In this document: piece after piece, positions 9,322 to 18,465 of the stretch | Layout of the letters: every line of letters starts with the position of its first letter | Numbering within the stretch: position 1 is the stretch's first letter | DNA from: Candidatus Omnitrophota bacterium | Lineage (GTDB): Bacteria; Omnitrophota; Gorgyraeia; Zapsychrales; Fredricksoniimonadaceae | Reading direction: 5' to 3' | NCBI GenBank assembly: GCA_903860135.1 | Contig: CAIOPG010000004.1 | Location: forward strand, 272,648 to 336,647 | Length of the DNA stretch: 64,000 nt | Position numbers and translations under genes: made by a program | The notes under the pieces: generated by a model | What the model saw: only the letters and a program-made list of their open reading frames with translations | Told to the model about the DNA's origin: nothing | The model's database searches: none

Positions 9322-9693
9322 TTAGAAACCGGCAGCTGTTTCAGCAGCAGCCAGACCTCCGCCAACGGCGTTTTTGTTATAGATTGACGTGTCAACGTAA
9401 CCAGCCGCAACTGTTGTGGCTACGCTTGTATCTGTTGCAATATTGGTGTTTTCAAACTTTGTTTTCTGTGAATCCTTTGTCTCACTCTTATTGGTATAAT
9501 ACGGTTCATACTGTAATGTTGTCCCGAGAGCATTTGTCTCATCACGGAACTTGACATTAACGTCGCGGATACGGCCTTGCAGGGTGCGCTGGGCATACAT
9601 TTGCATGGCAATAACACCGCCGATAACAAGTGCTATCAGGATGGCATATTCTGCTGTGTTTTGTGCTTTTTTATTTCTGAATCTTTTTAACAT
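9322..9693 (-). CDS. Flp-family pilin-like protein (~123 aa)
   Basis: Start at ATG 9693 with GGAGG RBS 6 nt upstream: MLKRFRNKKAQNTAEYAILIALVIGGV (A-QNTA-EY). Track start 9708 is a TTG. Confidence 0.55.
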   Translation of the reverse strand: MLKRFRNKKAQNTAEYAILIALVIGGVIAMQMYAQRTLQGRIRDVNVKFRDETNALGTTLQYEPYYTNKSETKDSQKTKFENTNIATDTSVATTVAAGYVDTSIYNKNAVGGGLAAAETAAGF

Positions 9694-9704
9694 TGTAACC
9701 TCCT

Positions 9705-9893
9705 TCAATGTGAAGCATTTAATTTGTCAGCCATTAATCCAATTCCATTGATCGCATCGCTAAACGACCGGTTGACGGTCGTACGGAATGGCGACCCAGG
9801 TGTTACAACAAGCCCGATGATGATAACAATAACAGCTGTGACCAAAAGCACATATTCCAGCGTGCTTTGACCCTTTCGGTAACATCTTGACAT
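9705..9893 (-). CDS. flp: Flp pilin (62 aa)
   Basis: MSRCYRKGQSTLEYVLLVTAVIVIIIGLVV: canonical G-QSTL-EY; size typical of Flp; AGGAGG RBS upstream. Confidence 0.7.
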   Translation of the reverse strand: MSRCYRKGQSTLEYVLLVTAVIVIIIGLVVTPGSPFRTTVNRSFSDAINGIGLMADKLNASH

Positions 9894-9918
9894 GGCATTC
9901 CCTCCTGTTTAATTAAGC

Positions 9919-10065
9919 TTATTCTCTTTGGAATTCCGCTGTTATGCATTTTTGCTTCGACTGGACAGCACGGTACACATAGGTACTCATCGCAACAGCC
10001 GCTGTTGTGACAATGGCGACGACAAGGGCATATTCAACAACATTCTGGCCTTTGTAACGACACAT
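9919..10065 (-). CDS. flp: Flp pilin (48 aa), not present in the supplied ORF track (<60 aa)
   Basis: Manual translation: MCRYKGQNVVEYALVVAIVTTAAVAMSTYVYRAVQSKQKCITAEFQRE*; G-QNVV-EY motif; GAGG RBS upstream; first gene of the pilin array. Confidence 0.65.
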   Translation of the reverse strand: MCRYKGQNVVEYALVVAIVTTAAVAMSTYVYRAVQSKQKCITAEFQRE

Positions 10066-10282
10066 TGATAACCTCATCGCCGTTCCCCGTGTGCGTTAAG
10101 ACATAACACCCGAGACCCCCTGAATCTTTTGGGAGCGGGAATCCACCCGGGCACTCTATGTTGACGCTGGTTACCCTCGTCAACCCGATCCGGCCCCTAC
10201 AGAACCGATTTCGATGATGCTCCGTCAAAGAACGGAGCTGTAAGACATCCTACACAAGAAAAACAAACACATTCATAAATTG

Positions 10283-10310
10283 AAGTATAACATACATATA
10301 ATAAGTGTCA
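10283..10310 (-). promoter_or_regulatory. Candidate sigma70-type promoter for the flp array (TTGACA-16-TATACT on minus strand), implying a ~210-nt leader
   Basis: Hexamers read from sequence (TGTCAA 10305-10310, AGTATA 10283-10288 on plus strand). Weak evidence, AT-rich context. Confidence 0.2.
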
Positions 10311-10366
10311 ACGTGCAGAAGCCCGTCATAGACAAGCCTTTGCGGCCCATTGAAAAGATAGGCGAA

Positions 10367-12154
10367 CTATGCTTTATTTTCAATGGAAAACCACCATTTT
10401 TGTCTATTTCTTTCGGCGATATCCACACCATTGATCTTGCGCAACAGGGTTGCCAGTTGATCCCTGCCCCCAAAACCCTGCGGAACAACCAACCTAACAA
10501 AAACAGAACCATTCCGTCGTTGTAAATACCCTGAAAGCGTATAGATGGATGATAATAGCTCCACATTGTCAAGTCCATAACGCTGGGCTAAATATACCTG
10601 ACATATGTTCAGCATTTTTTTCAAAACAACACCCGGTGCCGTATGGTCGGTATTTTCAATCTGTAAATAACGTTGTTTGTTTGTGGCTGTGGCATCATGA
10701 TCGTTGTGAAAATTTTCCAAACAGGAAAACTTTTCCAGGTAATGATCTACAATATCTTTAGCGGAAGCTTGTCCTGCCAGCAGGTTTGTAATAAAAAACA
10801 GTTTCTTTTCATTCCCGGGTACTTTTACAACCAAGCCTCTTAATATTTCAGATTGTTTATCAGCATCTGTAAACTGACAAAAACCATCGATCATTGAATA
10901 ATATTGGTCCAAAATAGCGTTGTACACTTTTTGGGGAGTGCCTGTTTCATCAAAAAGAAGCTTGTCAAAGAAACAACTTTCAATGTTGAAACCAGCAATA
11001 AAATTAATTTTTTTCGATGGGTCAAGACGGCCTTCCCACAACAAATCCTTCGCGCCTCCCCACAAACAAATTTTAACTGGTTTTTCTTCAGCCGCGCCAC
11101 TTAAGAACATCAGTGTCTCTTTTATGGCATCGGTTAAACCTTCCGAACACCTTAAAACCAGTGGCTTGACAGGGCAGGCAACACGATCAACAGCGTTCTC
11201 AACAGATTTAACGATCGAACACATATGGGCTTCTGGCACTTTATCCAGAAAACACCCCAGATCATGCCTCAACAAATAATGTTGTGCTTTATTACTTTCA
11301 AATGAAAAATATGCATTATCCACCACAGCCACAGCAACCTCAACATCGATGGCAGCCGCAAGGGACTTGTTCGAGTCGATATCATTTAATAATGTGTGGA
11401 AGGAAGAATCCATTAAAGGTTGTTCCTGTCCAAGCAATGTCCAAACAGACAATGCCTGTGCCTGTTCAATTTCTTTACCCCGTTCATATCCAAGCCCCTT
11501 GAACAAAACACCGGCTTCGAATAAACGCCGTCCCTCCATTATGTTACCGGCTATCCCCACAAACAACTCTTCGGTCAACTGACCGCTCAAAATGTCCAAT
11601 AAAGCCACATACAGAATGCTTATGCCCAAATTATTAATAATGGGATATGCCTCCTCTGCCCAAATATACGAACCCCTCACATCAAAAGAAACATCTTGAA
11701 CGACATCCGCTTGATTCCTGGCTAATAAATCAGGACTGAGCGTGGCTTGCTCAAACGTTGCGTCTTCTATGTTATCAATCAATCCCATATTGGGTGGCTT
11801 ACTAATGTTCACATCACTGTCCACAACATTTATACTGCTTAATACGCCTGTAGTTAAAATATTCCCTTGCGCCATGCTATCATCTTTTAACTCGTGCAAG
11901 AATGGCTTCACTTCAGCTAATAATTGTTCTTTTTTGTCTTTGGGGATAAAGAAATTCTTGGCAGAGGCACGGCCAACCGGATTACTTAAATTATATTCTT
12001 TAATAATGGCATTAATGGAGGATTTTGAAACTTCGATCTGGAAGGCTTCACGCACAATAGCTACAAGTTTTCGACAACTTAAAGAAGGCACTTCTTTCTT
12101 TTTGTCGATAATTAAATCTACAACATCTTTTCTTAATTTATAAGTAACACCCAT
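10367..12154 (-). CDS. Hypothetical protein (595 aa), lower GC than neighbours, N-terminal HTH-like segment
   Basis: Long ORF; N-terminus LSCRKLVAIVREAFQIEVSKSSINAIIKEY resembles a transposase-type HTH, but no DDE or other catalytic motif recognised. Confidence 0.35.
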   Translation of the reverse strand: MGVTYKLRKDVVDLIIDKKKEVPSLSCRKLVAIVREAFQIEVSKSSINAIIKEYNLSNPVGRASAKNFFIPKDKKEQLLAEVKPFLHELKDDSMAQGNILTTGVLSSINVVDSDVNISKPPNMGLIDNIEDATFEQATLSPDLLARNQADVVQDVSFDVRGSYIWAEEAYPIINNLGISILYVALLDILSGQLTEELFVGIAGNIMEGRRLFEAGVLFKGLGYERGKEIEQAQALSVWTLLGQEQPLMDSSFHTLLNDIDSNKSLAAAIDVEVAVAVVDNAYFSFESNKAQHYLLRHDLGCFLDKVPEAHMCSIVKSVENAVDRVACPVKPLVLRCSEGLTDAIKETLMFLSGAAEEKPVKICLWGGAKDLLWEGRLDPSKKINFIAGFNIESCFFDKLLFDETGTPQKVYNAILDQYYSMIDGFCQFTDADKQSEILRGLVVKVPGNEKKLFFITNLLAGQASAKDIVDHYLEKFSCLENFHNDHDATATNKQRYLQIENTDHTAPGVVLKKMLNICQVYLAQRYGLDNVELLSSIYTLSGYLQRRNGSVFVRLVVPQGFGGRDQLATLLRKINGVDIAERNRQKWWFSIENKA

Positions 12155-12190
12155 ATTTTTTGTCCATTCTGGACATTGCTGCGGCGTTGG

Positions 12191-12538
12191 CTAAAAAGCT
12201 TTAATTTCAATTACATCACCTACGCTGGTCTCTGTTTGCTTAATGGTGCCGATAGGAAGTTCAATGGCACATGTCGCTTTCCAGAAAACAGAACTCATCT
12301 GGTTTGGTTTAATTTCTTCGACCAAACCAACAACAACGCCACGCCTATCAATAAAAACAACATCGATGGCCACTGACATAAAAAACATATGAATAGAATT
12401 GCATGATGTGATCACAAGCCCTTGACCTGGTTCAAGTGACTGCCGTCCTATTAAGCCTTTTGCTCTTGAAAATGGAGTTTTAGCTACTTCAGCGTGTTGG
12501 CTCAAACACTTATTATTCTTAAGATTTTTAATGATCAC
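12191..12538 (-). CDS. DUF192 (COG1430) family protein
   Basis: 115 aa; pattern …AKTPFSRAKGLIGRQSLEPGQGLVITSCNSIHMFFMSVAIDVVFIDRRGVV… typical of DUF192. Confidence 0.5.
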   Translation of the reverse strand: MIIKNLKNNKCLSQHAEVAKTPFSRAKGLIGRQSLEPGQGLVITSCNSIHMFFMSVAIDVVFIDRRGVVVGLVEEIKPNQMSSVFWKATCAIELPIGTIKQTETSVGDVIEIKAF

Positions 12539-14714
12539 TGGCAGGTGCGGCTTTATTTAACGCAAACATCCCCACGTTAAGCTCAACGCCGCGCTTGAGA
12601 AAGTCATCATAACACTTTGGAATATACCCTGTCGGTCTATAGTCACCCAAAACTCGTCCAGACGAATCAATCCCGCCTTGTTCAAAAACAAAAACATCCC
12701 GTAATTCGGGTAAACCATCAACAATGACCTTGGTTACCTCCGTAATCCCGGTGATCTTACGCGAACCATCAGAAAACCTGGAAACTTGAATAACAAAATC
12801 AATGGAAGAAGCGATCATTTCATAAACAGCACGCAAAGGCAGTTCAATGCCACTTAAAATGATCATGGCATTCAAGCGCGTGATGGCATCTCGTGTCGAA
12901 TTGGCGTGTAAAGTTGTCATGGATCCATCATGACCGGTATTCATGGCCTGAAGCATATCCAAAACTTCTGCCCCGCGACACTCACCCACAATGATCCGAT
13001 CCGGCCGCATACGCAACGTATTAATAAAAAGATCCCTGATCATGATCGCACCCTTGCCCTCAACATTCGGTGGGCGCGATTCAAGTCTGGCCCAGTGGGC
13101 TTTGTTGATCTTCAATTCCGCCGCATCCTCAATGGAAATGATACGTTCACCATCTGGAATGCACTCAGAAATAATATTGAGTAATGTTGTTTTACCCGAA
13201 CCGGTTCCACCTGAGACGACCATATTCTTGCGCGCGATGACAGCGGCTTGAATAAACGCCGCCATATCAGGCGTTAAACTTTTAAAACGATTCAAAAGAT
13301 CATTCATAACATACCGATCCTGACCAAACTTACGGATCGTGATCATGGGACCGCGCAAGGATAATGGCGGAATGATCGCATTAATACGTGAACCGTCAGG
13401 AAGGCGTGCGTCAACCATGGGTGTTGACTCATCAATACGTCGCCCAAGCGGAGCAATGATGCGGTCAATGACCGATCGCACCTGCTGATTGGATACAAAT
13501 CGCCTGTTCGTTAGTATGATCTTGCCGCCTTTTTCAACATAGATCTCATCTTTATTATTCACCATGATATCGGTGATCTCTGGGTCGGCAAGAAGCTCTT
13601 CAATCGCCCCAAACCCCAGTGCTTCATTAACAATATCAACAACAAGCTTGGTCCTTTCTTGATGCGAAGAAATAAGGACGCCTGTTTCTTCAGCCAACAA
13701 ATTGACAATGATCCGTTCTGCCTGTTTCTTTATTTGTGCAGCCTGTTCTACATCAGCCAAGGCCTCTGGTGTCACTGCCTGGAGATTCATGCGGTCGATG
13801 AGCTTCTCATGTATGCGTTTCTTTAACGCAATTATCGCTTCTTCTTCTTTACTTACAATGCGCTTGCTTGAGGGCCCCGTCGCAATGGTGTCATTAGCGC
13901 CTGTGGACATCCATAAATTATCAGTTTTTGCGTCTTCTGTTGAACGACCACGAACAACTTCTGTTGTATTAACATACAATTCTTCATGATCGATGTCTTT
14001 AATCAACTGCATGAACGCAAAAGATACTTTGGCCTTGGGATTGTCCACAACAACAGGGACTCCCTTGTTCAAAGCCATCCCAACAACCTTACCATCCGAA
14101 GGTATCTTTGTGATAATATCACACGAAAGCGCATCTTTAACTTCTTGCCATGCAACACCACCGTGACTTTCCGCACGATTGAGCACAAGCTTGATCATTT
14201 TGAGCGGGAAATGCTGACTTTGTAGAATTTCAAGACCCCATTTGATCTGATAAACAGCAAGAATATCCGGTGTCGCCACCAAAAGGATCAAATTTGTCAT
14301 GTCAAGAATAGACACCAATGTTTCCGTAAAAGCCTTCCCGACATCAATAATGATATAATCATAATGCGGGGCAACTCTTTTAAGGAACAACTTCACATTA
14401 TCTGGTGTGATATGGCCTGTTTGATGAATGGTGATAACAGCTGAAATAAAATCCAGACCTGAAGAATGCGTTACCATCAAGTTCTTGATACTTTCAAAAT
14501 CCATTGATTCCTGAATTTCAGGTAAAATATCAACAATGGACTTCTTCGGTGCCACATTCAACATGCGCGCCATATCTTGACCGGATTGAAAATCGAGGTC
14601 AATAACAAGCGTTTTTTTGCGTGATAGTGCCAGCGTAACAGCCGTGTTGACACAAACAAACGTTTTGCCGACGCCACCTTTATTGCTAAAAACCGTTATT
14701 GTTCTTGCTGCCAT
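12528..14714 (-). CDS. Fused TadZ/CpaE-like (MinD/ParA-type ATPase) – TadA/CpaF (secretion ATPase) protein, 728 aa
   Basis: N-terminal TVFSNKGGVGKTFV deviant Walker A of the MinD/CpaE family. C-terminal region has VSGGTGSGKTTLLN Walker A, IIVGECRGAEVLDMLQAMNTGHDGSMTTLHANS His-box and the CpaF signature, in one continuous frame. Confidence 0.75.
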   Translation of the reverse strand: MAARTITVFSNKGGVGKTFVCVNTAVTLALSRKKTLVIDLDFQSGQDMARMLNVAPKKSIVDILPEIQESMDFESIKNLMVTHSSGLDFISAVITIHQTGHITPDNVKLFLKRVAPHYDYIIIDVGKAFTETLVSILDMTNLILLVATPDILAVYQIKWGLEILQSQHFPLKMIKLVLNRAESHGGVAWQEVKDALSCDIITKIPSDGKVVGMALNKGVPVVVDNPKAKVSFAFMQLIKDIDHEELYVNTTEVVRGRSTEDAKTDNLWMSTGANDTIATGPSSKRIVSKEEEAIIALKKRIHEKLIDRMNLQAVTPEALADVEQAAQIKKQAERIIVNLLAEETGVLISSHQERTKLVVDIVNEALGFGAIEELLADPEITDIMVNNKDEIYVEKGGKIILTNRRFVSNQQVRSVIDRIIAPLGRRIDESTPMVDARLPDGSRINAIIPPLSLRGPMITIRKFGQDRYVMNDLLNRFKSLTPDMAAFIQAAVIARKNMVVSGGTGSGKTTLLNIISECIPDGERIISIEDAAELKINKAHWARLESRPPNVEGKGAIMIRDLFINTLRMRPDRIIVGECRGAEVLDMLQAMNTGHDGSMTTLHANSTRDAITRLNAMIILSGIELPLRAVYEMIASSIDFVIQVSRFSDGSRKITGITEVTKVIVDGLPELRDVFVFEQGGIDSSGRVLGDYRPTGYIPKCYDDFLKRGVELNVGMFALNKAAPASDH

Positions 14715-14724
14715 AGTAGATTCT

Positions 14725-16578
14725 TTATTTATGCGCGGAAATATTATTTAAAAATGAATCCAGGCTATATAAAATAGAAACTGTAATTTCCAATGTTTCA
14801 GCCTGAATAGTCTGTGGAAAAGCATCATACGGTGCCAATATTTGTGCCGTATTAACCGCATCTTGATCAAAGACGGGGTGTCCTGAAGATTTTTTTACAA
14901 CAACATCTTTAAGTGTGCCGTCTTTTGTTATGACCAGAGCTAGCTGAACGATGCCTTTCCAATTCTTTTCCTGCGCTTCATACGGATACGCAATGGCCGT
15001 TGATATTTTTTCCTGGATCAATTTGGCATATTTATCTTCCTCTGAAACAATGGGAGAGGATGATTTTACCGGTTCGACTTTGGATGCTATTTTGTTATTA
15101 ACAGGTGTCGTTGGTGCCGGTGCCGTTTTATTCACCATTGATTTTACAGGATTGGAACCCCCGACAACGTCGGTTAAAGCCGGAGCCCTATTGACTTCAG
15201 CCTTCAACTGCCGGGCAAAGTCATCCGCTTTATCTTCTGCGGCAAACGCTGAGCCGCTCTTTTGCGGCACATCAAGGCTTGCTGGTGTTTTCTTATCTTT
15301 GCCGTTAGTATCCAACAGCTTATCCGTGTCTTCGATCAGCTTTTTATCATTAGGTAGAATGGTTGCCGTAATGGAAATAACAACCTCGGTTTCTTCATTG
15401 GGTGCTGGCGTTTTTGAACTGCGGAAAAATATTCCCACAACCGGGATCTTGCTAAGGAAAGGAACACGACGAACCACTTCCGTATTCCGGCGCTTGATCA
15501 TGCCCGCAAGAACAATGGTCTGATGGTCTTGCAATAAAAGTTGTGTTTTTGCAGATCGCGTTAAAAAGGCAACGTCCGTCCCTGTAGGCTTTGAACCATC
15601 GATTTCGCTGATCTCGGCATTGAGCAAAATATTTACAAGATTGCCAGCCTGAATCGATGGTGTAACCGCCATAGTAACACCGTAAGGTTTAAATGTCTTG
15701 TTTTGCTGTGTCGATCCGCCACTGGCACTCGTCGTCGTTGTATTGATCGGGATTTCTCCGCCAACCAAAAAGGTCGCTTCTTTTCCACTGATAACCACAA
15801 GTCGCGGCTTCGAAAGGATCTTGCCTTTCCCTTCTTCGATCAACGCATTGACGGCACCGACCAGCGCATTGGTACGGCTAAGGCTTCCGATCCTCCATAT
15901 GTCGCTCAATGAACCCTGATTCGTTGGGATTGTTTCCTGATATGTGGGATTCAACGGATTAGTTGCGCCATCCATACCCCAATCGATCCCCATCTCTTTG
16001 GTAAGCGTTGTGGACAACTCGGTGATCTGCATATCGATCTGAACAAGGTCTTCAATCTTTTCTTTCTGAACAAGATTAATGATGCGGTCCATGAAAGGAT
16101 CAATGACCTTGATCAACACCTCCATCTTTTCTTCCGACAGCGCACCTGTAAGAACGACCTTGCCTTCATCTTTATTTTCACTTAATACCACATTCTTAAT
16201 GCCAACGCCCGCCAGTAAAGATTGAAGCCTTTTCCTGACAAGGCCGGGATCTTCCTGAACAACACGAATGATAACCGTCCGTTTCCCGCTATCATCCCAA
16301 ATAAACAAAACCGTCTGCCCCGGATCAATGGCTATAATATCCACAGAATCAATGCGCGCATCGTTAATATCAGCAACAACAGGATCTGTGATCGAAACTC
16401 TTTTTAAATTTTTCGCGGGAATGCTTTGAATGTCACCCTTAACAATTTGAAGCTCTTCATTTCCTTTTTCTGCGGCCGCAAAAGAAAGCGTCGGCATGCC
16501 ACTTGACAACATAACAACCGCCAAAGCAATTGATAACGCGGTTCTCATCACCCTGGAAAAATCAACCGTGTTCATCAA
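14725..16578 (-). CDS. Secretin (CpaC/RcpA-like) with C-terminal TonB_C-like domain
   Basis: Signal peptide; secretin C-domain (…VPFLSKIPVVGIFFRSS…EVVISITATILP). A Pro/Lys-rich linker follows. The C-terminus YPYEAQEKNWKGIVQLALVITKDGTLKDVVVKKSSGHPVFDQDAVNTAQILAPYDAFP matches the TonB C-terminal domain pattern. Confidence 0.75.
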   Translation of the reverse strand: MMNTVDFSRVMRTALSIALAVVMLSSGMPTLSFAAAEKGNEELQIVKGDIQSIPAKNLKRVSITDPVVADINDARIDSVDIIAIDPGQTVLFIWDDSGKRTVIIRVVQEDPGLVRKRLQSLLAGVGIKNVVLSENKDEGKVVLTGALSEEKMEVLIKVIDPFMDRIINLVQKEKIEDLVQIDMQITELSTTLTKEMGIDWGMDGATNPLNPTYQETIPTNQGSLSDIWRIGSLSRTNALVGAVNALIEEGKGKILSKPRLVVISGKEATFLVGGEIPINTTTTSASGGSTQQNKTFKPYGVTMAVTPSIQAGNLVNILLNAEISEIDGSKPTGTDVAFLTRSAKTQLLLQDHQTIVLAGMIKRRNTEVVRRVPFLSKIPVVGIFFRSSKTPAPNEETEVVISITATILPNDKKLIEDTDKLLDTNGKDKKTPASLDVPQKSGSAFAAEDKADDFARQLKAEVNRAPALTDVVGGSNPVKSMVNKTAPAPTTPVNNKIASKVEPVKSSSPIVSEEDKYAKLIQEKISTAIAYPYEAQEKNWKGIVQLALVITKDGTLKDVVVKKSSGHPVFDQDAVNTAQILAPYDAFPQTIQAETLEITVSILYSLDSFLNNISAHK

Positions 16579-17414
16579 TTAGTCCCCCTTCCACTTTTGA
16601 AGATCTGAATGGCAGGCCCTTGCGAAAGTCCCAATGAGGCAGCGCCTGACGATGCGGTATCCGATACATTAAGGTCCGCCCCGGTATTTTGTAACACATA
16701 CTCGGCCAGTGTTGACCATGTCGCGGCAGAGATCATGGTGGACTTTTTTTCATTCGGTGAACGAAGGGCTAATTCAAGTTTGCCATTCTTTTCCGCAAAG
16801 GACAACAGGCTGGCCTCTTCGGGCGATACAGCAAAGGTGATCTTCAGCGAACGATCGTTTTGCTGTTGATCATAACCGCCAGGTTGATCAATATTGGTAT
16901 TAATGGCCAGTATCTGAAGATTCTGAAAGATCATGGCTGTTACAGCCTCTCTCTTTTCCTTATCTTTCTTTCTTCCCATCGAAGACTCCATATCGGGAAG
17001 ATTCAGTTGCGCGATAATATCCACATAATCACCAGGATTAAGCAAGCCACCCACAGCACCGAGAGAATCTATCATCAGTGTCAGCGCACGTTTCCCGGCC
17101 GGCATACGCAAGGCCAATGAAACAGCCTTGCGTTCCTTCCCTGGAACTTCCGCCACAGCGACGGCTCCTGCATTCTGCGCAGATTTCTGCATATTCTGCT
17201 CGACTTGAGCAATCTTTTGATTGAGTGCCCCGAGTTCCTGTTTATAAGCATCATCACGTTGCTTTTGATCTTTTTGATATTTCTGCGCAATCTTGGTTGT
17301 CTGCTCATTGATCGATTGCGTCACATAAACACTGACCAAATAAGCGGCAAGAAGACCTATGCCCACAGCAAGGAGAAGCACCAACAACTGATTCTTATTT
17401 TCCATCAATGCCAT
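16575..17414 (-). CDS. Flp pilus assembly protein CpaB/RcpC-like
   Basis: N-terminal TM, coiled-coil, SAF-like segment RALTLMIDSLGAVGGLLNPGDYVDIIAQLN; located directly upstream of secretin. Confidence 0.5.
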   Translation of the reverse strand: MALMENKNQLLVLLLAVGIGLLAAYLVSVYVTQSINEQTTKIAQKYQKDQKQRDDAYKQELGALNQKIAQVEQNMQKSAQNAGAVAVAEVPGKERKAVSLALRMPAGKRALTLMIDSLGAVGGLLNPGDYVDIIAQLNLPDMESSMGRKKDKEKREAVTAMIFQNLQILAINTNIDQPGGYDQQQNDRSLKITFAVSPEEASLLSFAEKNGKLELALRSPNEKKSTMISAATWSTLAEYVLQNTGADLNVSDTASSGAASLGLSQGPAIQIFKSGRGTN

Positions 17415-17430
17415 AAAGCCATCTCCTGAT

Positions 17431-18372
17431 TTACTCTTTTAAAAGGCTCTCGTTAACCTGAACCTTGATTGCTTTCTGAATATCTTTTACTCTCGCCTGG
17501 AGCAATTCCTGCTGTTTGCGCAGTTTTAGGAAACTCATAAGATCCGCCTTAATCTCGGCCAGTGCAACAGTATCACCACCCTGAACGGTTTCAACCTTAA
17601 CAATATAAAAACCATCGGGCCCCTCAAACACAGAAGAAACATCACCTGCATTTAAGTTGGCAACAGCCGCTGCCATAGCGGGCACCGCTACCTCGGCATT
17701 CAACGCAACCACGCCACCATCTGCCGCTGTTTTGCCCTTTGACTTATCTTTGGCAAGCTGGGCAAAATCCGACCCTTGAAGGATTTGAACAAGAATGGCA
17801 TTGGCGTCAGCTTTTGTTGCCACCACGATTTCGCGCAAGTGCTTTTCTTTCGGTTTTTTAAATTCGTTGGGATTTTCATTGTAATATTTTGTTACTTCTT
17901 CATCACCAATAACAACATCCTTGGTAATTTGCGTGACCGATTCCTGCACTAAAAGTGTATTTTCAAACTCTTTCATGGCCGTCTTAACTGTGCTGCTACT
18001 ATCAAGCTGATCCTTGCGTGCCTGCTGAATCAAAAGCTGTTGACGCACAAGCTCATTAAGGAGCATGGCCTTGGCACCTGGTTCTTTTTCATTAAAATCT
18101 TTAACTGATTCTTTAACCACCTTGATGCGCTGATTAAATTCATCGCTCGTAATCGTCCAGTCACCCACTTTTGCCAATACATCGGCAGGCAACGCCACTG
18201 TTTCGACCGGTTGATTGGTGCTCTCGGCAACAGGTGTAATGGACACCGCCACCGGTGTTGCTGGCGCTTTGACGACCTTGCGCGGCTCAACCTTATTGCA
18301 CCCCATGATGGCCAAAACAAAAAAACTAGAAACAAAAACTAAAAATTTATTTACCCTCATTCTACCCTCCAT
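17431..18372 (-). CDS. Parvulin-type peptidyl-prolyl cis-trans isomerase lipoprotein (PrsA/SurA-like)
   Basis: Lipobox (VLAIMGC); SurA_N-like region; PpiC-type PPIase motif (…FAQLAKDKSK…DGGVVALN…GFYIVKV). Confidence 0.7.
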   Translation of the reverse strand: MEGRMRVNKFLVFVSSFFVLAIMGCNKVEPRKVVKAPATPVAVSITPVAESTNQPVETVALPADVLAKVGDWTITSDEFNQRIKVVKESVKDFNEKEPGAKAMLLNELVRQQLLIQQARKDQLDSSSTVKTAMKEFENTLLVQESVTQITKDVVIGDEEVTKYYNENPNEFKKPKEKHLREIVVATKADANAILVQILQGSDFAQLAKDKSKGKTAADGGVVALNAEVAVPAMAAAVANLNAGDVSSVFEGPDGFYIVKVETVQGGDTVALAEIKADLMSFLKLRKQQELLQARVKDIQKAIKVQVNESLLKE

Positions 18373-18465
18373 GCTTTTTTATAACCAATTATACCTGTTA
18401 TTCCTGCTAAAAACAAGCTGTTCGCCCACACAATTAATCCTATGAATTTATTTCAACAATTACTT

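Noticed and set aside
10367-12154. Possibility that the 595-aa HTH-containing ORF is an IS transposase
   Set aside because: No DDE/HUH catalytic motif recognised and no terminal inverted repeats flanking the gene.
14951-15523. 190-aa plus-strand ORF
   Set aside because: Antisense within the secretin gene; low-complexity Ser/Thr/Ala composition.
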